Origin: Octopus vulgaris | Lineage: Eukaryota | DNA: 64,000 nt | Assembly: GCA_951406725.2 (NCBI GenBank) | Contig: OX597826.1 | Span: 76,384,001 to 76,448,000 of the forward strand | Direction: 5' to 3' | In this document: positions 14,093 through 28,257 of the stretch, in pieces | Position numbering within the stretch: the stretch's first letter is position 1 | Layout: each line of letters opens with the position of its first letter | Notes under the pieces: generated by a model | The model's database searches: none | What the model was told of the DNA's origin: nothing | The model's input: the letters and a program-made list of their open reading frames with translations, nothing else | Program-made: the position numbers and the translations under genes

Positions 14093-14402
14093 TGTGAGTG
14101 GATTTGGTAGACGGAAACTGAAAGAAGCCCATCGTATATATGTATATATATATATGTATGTGTGTATATATTTGTGTGTTTGTGCTTGTCCCCCCAACAT
14201 CGTTTGACAACCGATGCTGGTGTGTTTACGTCCCCGTAACCTAGCGGTTCGGAAAAAGACACCAATAGAATAAGTACTAGGCTTCCAAAGAATAAGTCCT
14301 GGGGTCGATTTGCTAGACTAAAGATGGTAGTCCAGCATGGCCGCAGTCAAATGACTGAAACAAGTAAAAAAGAGTAAAAGAGAAAAGAGAAAAGAGAAAG
14401 AG
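14093..14402 (+). mobile_element. SINE family B, 5'-truncated
   Basis: Matches 10359-10754 from tgtgagtggatttggtagacgg to the (aaaagag)n tail. Confidence 0.9.
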
Positions 14403-14487
14403 AATACACATACATACATATGTATGTACGTACGTACGTACGTATGTATGTATGTATGTATGTATGTATGTATGTATGTATGTATGT

Positions 14488-15040
14488 CAGGTCACTTTCG
14501 AGTGCTACTGGTAATATGTAACCCAGTACAACCTGTTTCCATGGTCGGGTCGTAGGCGACTAAACCGGCAACTCCACCAAGCTCGCTTGGTGAGGAGGGT
14601 GTTTATTGGACACCCTGCGGGATGAAAAACAAAACCCGTCAAAGGGCGGAGGAACTCTTGAGTGTCAACGACCATCCAATAAATGTCTTAAAGCTGTATC
14701 ATGCGCGGGGACATAGAAATAATCGGACTGAATACCCGATCGCGCGGTTAAACCATTGGGAGTGAAGGATTCCTAGCCTTTGTTAGGGCATCCTTCTAGG
14801 AGAAGGCAACTCAGGAAACTGGGATAACTCCGACATAAAACCTGCAGCTCAGTGGTTACCGATGATGTTGACTTGTTCTTCTTTTCGGATTATGGCTGCT
14901 GTTGCTTAGTGAGTGGGATTGACTCAGTGCACATCCTTTCCTCGCTTTAAAAAAAATCTTCTTGCACAGGCATTGCACGATAACTACATTGATTAAGCTT
15001 CGTGCAATGGCCATACTCGATAACGAGGGGGCAGCCACCA
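14488..15040 (+). mobile_element. Non-coding, hairpin-rich retroposon (RTE-related non-autonomous element)
   Basis: Second copy at 61256-61614 in opposite orientation. Contains ccttctaggagaaggcaactc and gtcgtaggcgactaa, motifs I recall from RTE 5' UTRs. Flanked by (ATGT)n. Confidence 0.7.
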
Positions 15041-15908
15041 TGTATTTATGTATTTTGTGTTTGTAGGTGTGTGTGTGTGCACCATGCACATATATATGAA
15101 TACACACACCCATATGTGTACATATACGTTTCTACTCTTATTTAGACATTTCTTGACACTGTTACTCTATGTATAGTTTGTTGTCGAGGAGTTGAACTGC
15201 TGCTATCTCTGGCAGTCGTGCGTCCATCACTGACGCCGGAGATGGCGGGAATTTATCTCTTCGCTAGCGATATATACAAGAGTGCCATGTTGCACCAAAA
15301 GCCAATATTAAAGTTTCTCTCATAGTACCAACTGCAGTATAGCTTGTTCTAACAGAACAACCGCGTTTAAGTTGGGATAAATATTATCGTTATTACATCT
15401 CATTCATGACAACGCATCTTTAACCTTAGTTTAATAATACATAAACATTCAACAAATTAAATTTCTACCATGAAATAAACTTTCAATAATTTGTTTTTGT
15501 AAATTATCTTATTTATCTTCCATCCGCACTTTACATTTTTGACAGATGGCTTGGTTCTAATAAGTTTTCATAATTTAAAATTTACTTAATAAAATTATTT
15601 TTGAAAACCACACGGGCGTTTACCTGTATTAACAAAAGAACAACACGTGAATTAATGTGGTTAATTTGTGTAAGTTGATTTATTTGAAATATATTATTCA
15701 CGTCACAAATATAATTCATATGAAAAACACATTTTATTTCAATAGTTATTTCTTCTAGATGGTTTAGTTATTTTTGTTTCGATACTATCGCATAGGTTAT
15801 TACCCTTCAATATATTTGAGTCTGAGATAATTTTTATGGTATCATCTCTGCCTTCTTAACGCGTTTTACTTCATGCCTTGGTCGCATATAATATCTTACA
15901 TTGTATAA

Positions 15909-16305
15909 GGTAGAGCTAGCTGGCAGAAACGTTAGCACGCCGGGCGAAATGCTTAGCGGTATTTCGTCTGCCGTTACGTTCTGAGTTCAAATTCCGCCGA
16001 GGTCTGACTTTCCTTTCATCCTTTCGGGGTTGATAAATTAAGTACCAGTTACGCACTGGGGTCGATATAATCGACTTAATCCGTTTGTCTGTCCTTGTTT
16101 GTCTCCTCTGTGTGTAGCCCCTTATGGGCAGTAAAGAAATAGGTATTTCTGAGTTCGAATTCCGCCGAGGTCGATTTTTCCCTTTCATCTTTTCGATGTA
16201 GATAAATTAAGTACCAGTTGCATACTGGGGTCGAATTAATCGAATGCCACCCCCACTCCCCAAAGATTTCGGGCCTTGTACCAAGACTGGAAAAGAATAT
16301 AAACT
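15909..16305 (+). mobile_element. SINE family A, full copy plus partial second copy
   Basis: gctggcagaaacgttagc...gagttcaaattccgccgagg...cctttcatcctttcggggttgataaattaagtaccag; body restarts at about 16148. Confidence 0.9.
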
Positions 16306-17884
16306 TATTTCTTATAAATATATTACATGTAAAAATAATGATTTCGCTTGTTGCCAATTCTACGAAACTTAACCAAATATATTTATTTTCTTTTCCCAAC
16401 CATCATCAGTCCTAAAAAATGTTTACAAAATATAAATAACTATAATTAAACAGGTTCAATGAATTTCAGAACCTTCATTACACTTATTGCGTTTATTTTT
16501 CAACTTTCCTGGTTACTTTAACCTATTCCCAATTTTCTGCTTTTGTGGTTGACATAATCTATTGACCATCAACGGTTATCTTGTATGCGGACATTGAAAT
16601 ACTTGAAGTGAACCGCTGTAGGATCTTTTGTAAGGATTTGTGCTCGTTAGTTTGTTATAAGGGCGGATTGCTCAGAAGGTGCCTTGGGTTAAAAATTATG
16701 AAAATAATTCTTGCTTCAACGCGATGTAATAATTGATATGCAATTCCTTATGATAATTCTGTTAGTATTTACTTTGTCTCTTGTGATTTTCAGTGTAGAC
16801 AAGTTTTACAGAATAATAATATTCATTGCCACATCACGTTAACAGGTCCCATTCGTTCGCATTCGCAGAGCTAAATTCTGGAGCGCGTGCAGTCGGGGCG
16901 CAGAGCTTTTCCTACAACCTCATGTTGTGTTGTGAAAGACACACAGTTTTGATCAGGTCGCATATTTCCTCCGTCAATGTTTTGTCGTGTGTCTTTACGT
17001 ATGGATTATTGAAACTACTTCTCCGCACGATATAAATATTGATGTTTTTAGTAATAAAGATTATTTTCTATTACAATTAAGTTATATATAATATTATATC
17101 ATATCATATTATATTATATTATATTATATCATATTATATAACATTATATTATATTATATTATATTATATTATATAATATAATATTATATTATATTATATT
17201 ATAGTATATTATATCATATTATATTATTAAAGATGTACATCTTATCTACTTCAGACATTAAACTACGGTCACGTATATGGTTGGGTAGCAAGCATCTTAC
17301 ACACAGACACTAATGATCTACATCTTCTCTAATTTCCTAATTAGCGGTATCTTTTATATTTTCGTGAAGCCCAGATTCTCAAGTCTGGCAGGTATGGCGC
17401 TATTAAGTTACCGTCTGGTCTTAGTATCTGCAGATTTCCCTTTAGTTCGTCAGACAAGTTTCCCTTTTTTTTTCTCTTTCTTGTCCCTGACGAATGTGTT
17501 TCTTCTGTAATTTCTATATTTCTTATATCATAAGGGCGGGAATGTCCTTCAGTTAATATAAACTCCAATATTTTTGCCTTCAGGCTTATCTTTTCTCGGA
17601 TTAAATTGCATAATGGGTTGGCAATTTATATATGTATCTATACAAACGCGGTGAAGCAGCAAATCCTATTTCAAAGTTCATATAAAAAAGAAATCGAAAT
17701 GACACTCCTGTCCCCAAAGAACAACCACAACATCTTCTTCTTCTTCTTCTTCTTCTTCTTCTTCTTCTTCTTCTTCTTCTTCTTCTTCTTCTTCTTCTTC
17801 TTCTTCTTCTTCTTCTTCTTCTTCTTCTTCTTCTATGTAATCGAAGAACTCCTTCTCCTAAAATTTCGAGAAGAAAGGATTATT

Positions 17885-18000
<116 letters not shown>

Positions 18001-19175
18001 CACAACCGTGGCAAAGATGTTTGCGATTTCAGTCTTGATGAGAGCACATAATGGCTTTTTAATCAAGAAATTTATTTAATTAACAGTTAAGCTATTAAGA
18101 TATTTAACGAAGTATATTCCTCTTACGACGACTGTTTGATACCGAAAAAATGTCTGCCTATTATTTCATACCTTGCTTGTGTCTCTATTCTTTTGTTTAG
18201 TTTTTATTTTCTTGTTTTCTTTTTCCTTTCTTCATTGCGATGTACCGGTGTATGTTTGTACGCATGTTCCTATTTCCGTGTGTGTTTCTATGTGCGGTGG
18301 GTAGGTTTTTCTGCGGTAACTTTCGTTGACGGGACCGTTCCCTCGTTGCGTGTATTAAGTGCAATATCATTACACGTTTGCTTAACACCTTCTCCAGGAG
18401 AATTGCCTGGCAGAAAATAAATGATGTGATTTAACTGATCTGTCAGGTTCTCTGTGCCAGCCTTCGCACTGTCTCAGCATTCACCGACTTTGTTTTATTA
18501 TTCTGTGTTTGAATATTATTAGAGATCCGAGTGACGAGACCTCCCTCACTGATCTTTTAAATTATCTCCCTTGAGAACATTTTTATTATCTTCCTTCATT
18601 TTCTTCTCCACCCCTATGTCGAATCTCACCGTCTTCTTGCTCCCTCCACATCCTCATACCCTGTGCTCTGTCTCTCTTCATCATCACTTGACTGTTCGCC
18701 TTTTTCCTTGGCCTGAACGCAACATCGGCGGTGGTGGAATTGATGACGATGGTGGTGTTGGTGTTGGTGGTGATGGTGGTGGCCTAAATCTAATCAGAAG
18801 TGAATAATTTGCTATCAAATGTTATCCAAAAACCTCCCCCTTGACTGGAATAAATCTGTGTTGTTAATGACAACAACGAAAAACAACCGAAACAACATCG
18901 ACAACAACAACAGCAACAACGATCACAACAACAACAACAACAACAACAGCAACAACAATAGTTCTATTTTTATATTTTGATTTCTCCGAGAATAAGAGGA
19001 CAAAACCAAGTTGTTAGTTCAGTGACGAAGAAGACAACGATGAAGAGGAAGACAGCATCAATGATGAAGTTAACGATGCTGCTGATGATAATAGTGATGA
19101 TGTTGATGATGATGAAAATCATCATCCTCCTCCTCATCATCATTCTCGTCGTTATTGTTGCTATTGTTGTTGTTC

Positions 19176-19243
<68 letters not shown>

Positions 19244-19717
19244 TTCATTATCATCATCTTTCAATTCTGTTTCCATTTCTTGCCGAGTGTCTTCCTGACA
19301 CCTAAGGCAGAGAAACGCACAGTAAATATATATCGGTAGGCCATTAAAATAAACACACCAGATTGTTCATTTGCAAAGTCAGATGTTAGAGAAAATGGAG
19401 GAAGAAAGACAGAAAGAAAAAGGAAAAAATCAATAAAAAAATCAAAATGTAAACAAAGAAAATAAAAGGGAAAAAGGGAAAGAAAACACACAACGACCAT
19501 GCTCTTCTCAATACGTGGGACCAGTTACCAGTTAAGACAATTTTATTATTCCTTCGTAACACAATGCAGGTAAAATGCACGGGAGACTTTAGCTGTGGGC
19601 ACTGCGTACTTAAAAAACGACAGGAAAAGCTTTTTCTGTAAAAAAAAAAAGGTCACAAGGAACTCAGACAGATAATACTTTCCTTAAGATGTGCCCAATA
19701 AGGCTGCTTTTTGCAAG

Positions 19718-19865
19718 ACGTTCTGAGATCGAATTCCGCCGAGGTTGACTTTACCTTTCATTCTTTTGGGGTTGATAAATTAAGTACCAGTGAAACACTG
19801 GGGTCGATGTAATCGATTCACACCCTCCCCCCCAAAATGGCTGCCCTAATGGAAAAATTTGAAGC

Positions 19866-19870
<5 letters not shown>
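19718..19870 (+). mobile_element. SINE family A, 5'-truncated
   Basis: cgttctgagatcgaattccgccgagg...gataaattaagtaccag...ggggtcgatgtaatcga. Confidence 0.8.
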
Positions 19871-19899
<29 letters not shown>

Positions 19900-20402
19900 C
19901 AAATAATTTTGATTCAGCCCAGTGACAAATAATTTTTACTTTCATGGCAGAATCAGGAATATTTTACGTGATCGCTTTAACTGCAAGAATTTGCACCCGT
20001 TTGGTCTGCTGACGACACTATTCTGTCTTAAAAGGGAATAAAGATGGTAAAGACGGAACAAAATTTTGTTTTTAGACGGATTTTTTTCTGTTGACGAACT
20101 CAGAAGACGTTGGTGCTTATGTCGTTCTAAGGGCATCATTGGCATCGCTAAAGTGTCGAACTGAAGTCGAACCCGAAGCCACTTGGTTTCGAAGGGAACT
20201 TCATAACCATGCACCCATAACTGCATTTCTCAAAGCACGATCCGTAAGTTTGATTCGAACTCAAATGTAGTTATTTATTCATTACGTTTCTTTATTAAAA
20301 AACGATCTAAAATATACCGTGGGAGCGAATAATTCTACCTACAAGAAATAGCAACCAAAATCTACTTTAAATTACAGCCGTTAAAATGAAAGGCAAGACA
20401 TA

Positions 20403-20668
20403 CCTATTTCTTTACTACCCACAAGGGGCTAAACACAGAGGGGAAAAACAAGGACAGACAAACGGATTAAGTCGATTACATCGACCCCCAGTGCGTAACT
20501 AGTATTTAATCTATCGATCCCGAAAGGATGAAAGGCAAAGTCGACCTCGGTGGAATTTGAACTCTGAACAGACGAATTTGAACTCAGGCAGACGAATTTG
20601 AACTCAGGCAGACGAAATACGGCTACGCATTTCGCCCAGCGTTCTAACGATTCTGCCAGCTCGCCGCC
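20403..20668 (-). mobile_element. SINE family A with triplicated B-box segment
   Basis: Full copy with gaatttgaactcaggcagac-type unit repeated three times at about 20552-20615. Confidence 0.9.
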
Positions 20669-21508
20669 TTGAAAGGCAAGACATACCATGATGAAGTCCA
20701 TGTTACATCGTGTCTGACATAAAGACCAAGTGTTGTCACACTTGAAACACTTTTCAGCTTAGGCCTGCTTATTCAAAGACGAGCTGGGACTAAATAACAA
20801 GAGCAAATGACGGCTCTTGAAAGTGGTTAATCAGTTTGCTAGAAATAGTAACCTAATCATAGATAACTATTTAAAGTAGGTATTGGAGAAAATTTAGTCC
20901 TAGATACACTACATCTGCAGAAAACTTAATACAGGTTCATTATTAGTGGAATGTCTTTGATTGTAGGTCTGTTCTTGCAGAACTTGGCTTCAGGCGGAAC
21001 AACAGGTAAACAACAACAGCATCGTTACTAGCAGCAGCAACAGCAGCACTCGCAACACGAACACGAACAACAACAACAACAACAACAACAGCTTTGTCGC
21101 TGCCTCTAGTTTACATAATTAACTAATTAAAATAACAACTGATAGAGGAGTGAAAAACATGCCGGCAAACGTCGACAAAAATCATAACATAATCTTCTGT
21201 TCGACTAAGCAAGAAGATTTTAGTGTCAAAAAGTGTTTTACTTCGGAAACTCCCTGATCCTAACCCTTAAGCACAACCATTCCAACGTTTCTCTCTCTTT
21301 CTTTCTCGCTTTTCTTTCCTTGCCATGTTTCGATTCTAGCGATAGAAAGTAACTTTTGTTTCTCCTCTTTCGTAGAAATTCATAAACGTAAACACATACA
21401 TGTCATACACATGCGCACGCACACAGGCGCGCGCGCAAGAACATACACACACACACAAACACACACGAGCATGTACACACATACATAGATACACATGTGT
21501 GCATACGA

Positions 21509-21554
<46 letters not shown>

Positions 21555-22136
21555 AGTATGTAAAAATGTGTGTATATATATAAATATATATATATTTGTA
21601 TATATATATAAATATATATATACATTACTCATATATATATATATATGTCTGTATGTTTGTGCATGTATATATACATATACACACATATACATACATGCAT
21701 ACACACACACAAACACACACACATACCATATGTATTTACATTCAAAGGCACTCACACGAACACACACACGCACAGACACTCTCACATAAGCACAAACACA
21801 ATATATATGATGCGAAAAAAAAAGAAAAAAAGAAAAGAAAAGGAAAATAGGAGAAAAAACATTTTTTTAACAAAAATTCGAACCGGTTAGCACTAATTAA
21901 GGAGAGGCAGCTTCGTAATTGAAACAACTAATTATATGTGTTGCTTAGATTGCACACGGGAACAATGACATCTAGATGAAGGTTTTTACACCTGAAGGGA
22001 TAAAGAATCAATTATTCAAAACAATAGAATTATCAACGTTTTCCTTCGCTCCTCCCCTACTTAATGCCACCTCACTCGACTCATCTTGCTGTACGGTGGC
22101 AGTCGGCCGACTACAAACGAAGGCATTTAGCTCACT

Positions 22137-22240
<104 letters not shown>

Positions 22241-22248
22241 TTTATCCA

Positions 22249-22289
<41 letters not shown>

Positions 22290-22345
22290 ATATATATATA
22301 TATATATATCTATCCATTTATCTATCTATCTATCTATCTATCCAT

Positions 22346-22403
<58 letters not shown>

Positions 22404-23089
22404 ATCTATCTAATCTACCTGTCTGTCTGCCTGTATTTTTCTCTATCTCTTTCTCTCCCTATCTCTTTCTCTCTATCTCTACCTCATTCTCTCTCTACTT
22501 CTCTCTATGTGTATGTCTATATTATGTAAACAATGTATGTATGTGTGCATATGTATACACAAAACATGCACACATACACACTCCCCTATATATACATATA
22601 CATTTTTTGGAAATGGTAAACTTAATTGTTCGTTTGGAACTTATTTGTTGATAATTGTCTTGTTTTACTAAAAAACCAACATGTCGGGTCTACTCCTTGT
22701 ACTTTAAGCAAACACATTTACTGCTAAAATAAATTTAAAAAAAATGACATTTAAAAGTAGATCGAAATTTTCAGATTATTTATTTAACGTTTCCTTTGTT
22801 CAGATTTTTTAATTTTCTTTTGTTTCGTGCTTTTAGGACTTTAAGAGAGAACGTAGTGGGATTGAAACTGAATTAAAACCAAAGAAAACGACCCCAAATC
22901 CCCAAATCATAACCGCCATCATTATGATTTTGCAAATGGCGTTGAAAGGATTCTTATAAGTGAACGGGATGTCTGCTGAAACGACTAGTCAAGCAATCGT
23001 TTACTTAATTAATTAGTTATTTACTATTTTACCAATAATCAATAATTATTGAAAAGTTCTTTATTTTTTTGATTTCGAAAAGCTGGAAA

Positions 23090-23802
23090 ATAAATTTGAC
23101 CTTTACAGGATTCGATCTCACAATGTAAGCAACCGCAAGAAATACAACTGAGCATTTCAAGTCATGTGATAACGATTCCGCCGGCTTAACAACAACAACA
23201 ACAACAACAATAATTATTCTTTCTACTAAAGGCGCAATGACCGAAATTTTGGGGGGTTATTCAATTGTATTGAACCTTGAAAGGATGAAAAGCAAAGTCG
23301 ACCTGAGCGGAGTTTGAACTCAGAATGTAAAGCGGGAATGCTTTTGAAAACGTTTTGTTCGACGCGCTAACGTTTCTGCCAGCTCGCCAACTTAATAATA
23401 ATAATGATAGATTCAAATTTGCCACGAGGGCAGCAATTTTGGGGAACGGTTTAAGTCGATTACGTTGAACACACTGTACATCTGGTACTTACTTTATCGA
23501 CCCCAAAAGGATGAAAGGCAAAGTCAACCGCAGTGGAATTTGAACTCAGAACGTAAAGGCAACGAAATACCCATTTCTTTACTACCCTCAAGGGGCTAAA
23601 CACAGAGAGGAAAAACAAGGACAGACAAACGGATTAAGTCGATCATATCGACCCCAGAGCGTAACTGGTACTTATTTAATCGACCCCGAAAGGATGAAAG
23701 GCAAAGTCGACCTCGGCGGAATTTGAACACAGAACGTAGCGACAGACGAAATACCGCTAAGCAGTTCGCCTAGCGTGCTAATGATTCTGCTAGCTCACCG
23801 CC
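23090..23802 (-). mobile_element. Cluster of about four co-oriented SINE family A copies separated by (AAC)/(AAT) tracts
   Basis: Repeated aaggatgaaaggcaaagtcgacc / gaatttgaactcagaacgt / ctgccagctcgcc segments. Confidence 0.85.
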
Positions 23803-23859
<57 letters not shown>

Positions 23860-23860
<1 letters not shown>

Positions 23861-24270
23861 TTCAGTGCGACCATGAGATAGAGAATAAGAAGCCAGACAT
23901 AGTCTTAATTGAGAAAGAAAACAAACTATGCTGGATCATAGATATAGCATGCCCAGCTGACAACAAGGTATGCGATAAGGAAGAAAGAAAATTCGAGAGA
24001 TATGACAGGTTAGCTTGGAAAGTTAAGCAGGTGTGGTCGATGAAAAATGTAGCAGTAGTACCAATAATTGTTGGAGCCCTGGGAACTCTCGAGGAGAACA
24101 AATAGGGGCTGCAATAAGAGTGGAGCACTTGCAGAAAGCAGCACTGCTTGGAACCGCCCGAATACTCCAGAAGGTGCTCGAAAAATAAGAGATGTTACCT
24201 TAGTTCACTGGTAGTGAACAGGTGACACTGTAGTACATCTCCAGCGTTAGAAGCTGTGCAAAGGCAATGA
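23860..24270 (+). mobile_element. R4/Dong-like LINE 3' end in (TAA)n
   Basis: IQCDHEIENKKPDIVLIEKENKLCWIIDIACPAD...KFERYDRLAW...VVPIIVGALGT...LQKAALLGTARILQKVLEK*, an RLE PD..D motif. Confidence 0.9.
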
Positions 24271-24293
24271 CAATCGTAATTATAATGGTAGTA

Positions 24294-24327
<34 letters not shown>

Positions 24328-24328
<1 letters not shown>

Positions 24329-24910
24329 GACAGAGTTGGGACCTACATACACTAGAAGCTATGCCAACACCATGGAAATAACAACAGAAAAAGATGGTAT
24401 AGGCACACACCAGAAAAGGTCACAGAAAACGAGAAAGCAACCATACTGTGGGATATGCCAATACACACAGATAGAGAAATTAAGACCAATAGGCCAGATA
24501 TAGTTGTCCGAGATCATGATAAAAATAAAATGCTTTCTAATTGATGTATCAATACCAGCAGATGACAACTTTTCTCTAAAAGAAATGGAGAAACTTTCAA
24601 AATACAAAGACCTGGAAATAGAGGTAACCAGAGTGTGGAATCTAAAAACAGAAACAATTCCTATCATTAGGTGGGCGCATTAGATACGATAAACAAATAT
24701 TTAGACAAATACATAACAAAAATACCAGGATTTACAAATATATATAACATTCAGAAAATTGCACTACTCGGCACTGCACACATCCTACGCAAAACACTTT
24801 CAATACAGTAACCATCAGAGCATCACAGCAAACCACAACACATACCCAAGGCAAACAGAGCTGCGCTTGGTAGTGAAGTGAAAGCACGCTATAAAAATAA
24901 AACTACTGAC
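24328..24910 (+). mobile_element. Second, distinct R4/Dong-like LINE 3' end in (TAA)n
   Basis: WYRHTPEKVTENEKATILWDMPIHTDREIKTNRPDIVV...LIDVSIPADDN...EKLSKYKDLEIEVTRVW...IQKIALLGTAHILRKTLSIQ*. Confidence 0.92.
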
Positions 24911-25055
24911 TAATAATAACAATTATAATAATTCCTACTATGGGCACAAGGCCTGAAATTTGAACTCAGAACGTAACGGCAGACGAAAATAAACATTTCG
25001 CCCGCGTGCTAACGATTCTGCCAGCTTTCCCATACTACTACTGTTACTGCTGCTG

Positions 25056-25105
<50 letters not shown>

Positions 25106-25133
25106 ACTGCTGCTGCTACCGCTGCTGGTGCTG

Positions 25134-25185
<52 letters not shown>

Positions 25186-25813
25186 CGCTGCTGGTACTAC
25201 TACTACTACTACTAGATCCATCAGGTTTCCATCGGTGTTTTGAAGAGCTATGAATGTTAGAGCCCTAGGATGCGAACTCTTCATGCGTCTGGGTCCACTC
25301 CGTTTGTACATTCTTTCTACGGTTTCGCTGTTCCCAACAACTTTCCCCTCCTCATCTATTCAGTGTCCATCCCAACCATCATCACAACACGAGGGTGTGG
25401 CACTGATGGTCATGGCCTTTGACTAGCTTTGTGTTGGAAAGGGAACACTTCAGTTTCCTTCTACGCAACATTTTTGTAGACCAGAGTTTGTGGCACTAAA
25501 GACGAAGAGATTTTCCGCTTGGCTTATCTACAGTGTTGCAACCGGTGGAGAAGCAGCAAATCCAGACATGCTTTCATCTATTTGTGTAAGTAAGTATGCT
25601 GTTAATCCAAAAAGAATGTTGTAGATCCAATAAAATGAAACTTTAATCTGGGTATTTGATCTGCAGCACCTTTTATCAAAGGTCCACAGATACCCTTTTT
25701 GTCTTTTATTTTTCATACCACATTGACATGAGGAGGGTTATCTTTCAAAAGAAAATGCATAATTTAATTTGTCGTGCCTCTAAATGATATTAACTTGACA
25801 ATGTTTTCATTAA

Positions 25814-26073
25814 TGGAGGCGCGTGGCTTAGTGGTTAGGATGTCAGCATCATGATCGTAAGATTGTGGTTTCGATTCCTGGTCCGGGCGACGCGTTGTGT
25901 TCTTGAGCAAAACACCTTATTTCACATTGCTCCAGTCCACTCAGCTGGCAAAAATGAGTAACGCTGTGATGGACTGGGGTCTCGTCCAGCTGGGGAACAC
26001 ATACGCCATTGAAACTCGAAACCGGGCCCATGATCCTGGCTAGGCTTTAAAAGGGCGCATTTATTATTTTTTT
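25814..26073 (+). mobile_element. tRNA-derived SINE family C (V-domain-like body) with 12-bp TSD
   Basis: A box gtggcttagtgg, B box ggtttcgattcc. atgttttcatta at 25801-25812 is repeated at 26074-26085. Confidence 0.88.
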
Positions 26074-26089
26074 ATGTTTTCATTAGTCA

Positions 26090-26800
26090 CTTATGTCCTT
26101 AGTTCACCCAAAATCCTTTTGGTCAATCGGACTCCAAATATTAATAATGTTTGGCTAGTTTTCTTTCTCTTTCCAATACAGAAGGCTCTGTAACCCCATC
26201 CCATGTTAATACAAATAGCAATGACTGCCATATCATACTTCAGAGAAACGAAGTATGACAGATGTATTTTCTTACAGGTGGCGACTGTCTGTTGTGTTGA
26301 AGGTATTTAAGAATTTCTTGCTCTTGAAGTGAACCGAGAGAACCTTCAAATTTAGATATTATAAGCTTATTGATATTTCATGCCTGAGTTTCAGTATAGT
26401 TTATTTTACGCTAAAAATCCTGTTTTTCGTTGTCTCATGTGCCCATGTGCAACCTACTCAGTAGACTTGTCTATATTTTGTTTATGCTATTTTTTTTACA
26501 TTTGTTCATTAGAGAGGGATCCGTGCCATATTTTATTGCACCTTTCCAAGTCAAAGCTAATGAGCTTGATCATATACAAATCCTGTTTCTGATTTCCGTG
26601 CTCGTAAATTTGAACGAGATAATGAAGAGCTTTTCTCTCTGCTGGAGACGTTGCTTTCGGGATACAATCCGGGTCATCAAACAATGCAGCTATGTAAATT
26701 TATATGTATGGCTAATCAGGTATATATTAATTACTGTTATAATTGCAAATGATGTTGGGTCAGATTTGGCAGAAGAAATTTAGAAGGCAACAGTCAGTGT
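26090..26800 (-). mobile_element. Highly decayed RLE-type LINE fragment
   Basis: Minus-strand peptides SKFEGSLGSLQEQEILKYL and terminal LLIFGVRLTKRILG resemble the R4-clade post-RT region. Confidence 0.45.
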
Positions 26801-27411
26801 TCGATGCTTACCTGTCAACCTCACGAAAAAGACGTATCTACAGAAATGAGTTTGGTCATTTTATATACATCCGAGTCAAAAGCGTGCATACGTGATGCGT
26901 ACATGTAGCTGAAAATACAAATATAACAACGGTAATCTAATCTGTACCACTCATATACATATATACTCCCCATACATACATCCATACACACATGCATGTA
27001 TGCATACATACGTACATATATATATACATACATAATACATACATGCACACATGCATGCATACATGCATACATGCATGCATACATATATGTATACAAACAT
27101 ATATACATACATACGTACACGCATATAATGACCATTCCGATATATATATATATATATATACTCAAATACGAACTAGGAGCATCTCGAGGTATAGCAACAA
27201 AATCGAACACATATGCACAAGATGAATGTGTTGTTAGTTCGTGGCTCGGCTGCGTTTTGGACCTGATGTAAGTTGTCTCATTGGAATATGACTTACTTCC
27301 ACGTGTTTTTAACAACACTAGGCACATTGAAAATATGTCCTCTTACGCCTAAAATGCCACCGACCCACTAACAAACAACACACCCAACCTGTGTACGTGT
27401 ATTCGATTCTG

Positions 27412-27446
<35 letters not shown>

Positions 27447-27453
27447 ATATATA

Positions 27454-27957
27454 AGTAAATGTAAGGACAAGCAAGTTAGGCAAGTCGATATATAAAAAAT
27501 ATTAAATACATTTAATACAAAAAAAAATGTATATATGTTTACATATAAAATGGTCCGAGTTACACAGAATATAAATAATATCAAGAATTAAAAAGGTGGA
27601 ATATGTGTTTTACGAGTTCGACAGCTGTTTCTGGGGCCTTAGTGGGCCAAAATAATGATTGTAAATTGATTCCATCTTTAACTTACTCCATTCTATCAAC
27701 ACCTCAAATGTAAAATTCTTCCCTGAAGGTGGAGGCTGGTATTATCCGATGAGGGAATCAATTTATTTTGGATCACTACGCCCCCAGGTACAGCTGTTGG
27801 ACTCGTAAAACCCTTATTCAACCTTTTTAATTCTTGATATTTCAATTCTGTGTAAGTCGGACCTTTATATATGTAAATATATGTAAATTTCTTTGCATTA
27901 AGTGTATTTAATATTTTTTGCATATCGATTTGCCTAACTTGTTCGTCCTTACTTACT
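27454..27957. repeat. Diverged inverted repeat of a PLE-like terminal repeat with two decayed hammerheads
   Basis: gtaaggacaagcaagttaggcaa is mirrored by ttgcctaacttgttcgtccttac. Minus arm keeps GAAA-CAGCUG-UC near 27608-27621; plus arm 27720-27801 has CUGAAGG...GGUA-CAGCUG-UU. Related to 63647-63900. Confidence 0.8.
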
Positions 27958-28207
27958 TTCTCAAGTAAAATCTCTTGAGCACTACGAAATAATCAAAATT
28001 GAGAGAATGGAGCAGGTAAAATCCAGACTTCATATGTTTCCTAGCAGAACCTCAGATGTAAGAATTACTTAACGAGGGGAACTCCACGTTGGAAAAATCT
28101 ACAAGCGTCTATTCCAATAGACTACTACTTTATACCTACCACAGTCTGCTTGAAACCCACTAACTTTCTACACCAGGATCCTTGGATCTTACAATTACAT
28201 ATATATA

Positions 28208-28257
<50 letters not shown>

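Noticed and set aside
14565-14605. Twister ribozyme-like words (aactccacc, aagc, gaggagggt)
   Set aside because: Lacks the GGUNNCAAGC segment and pseudoknot pairing; folds as a simple hairpin.
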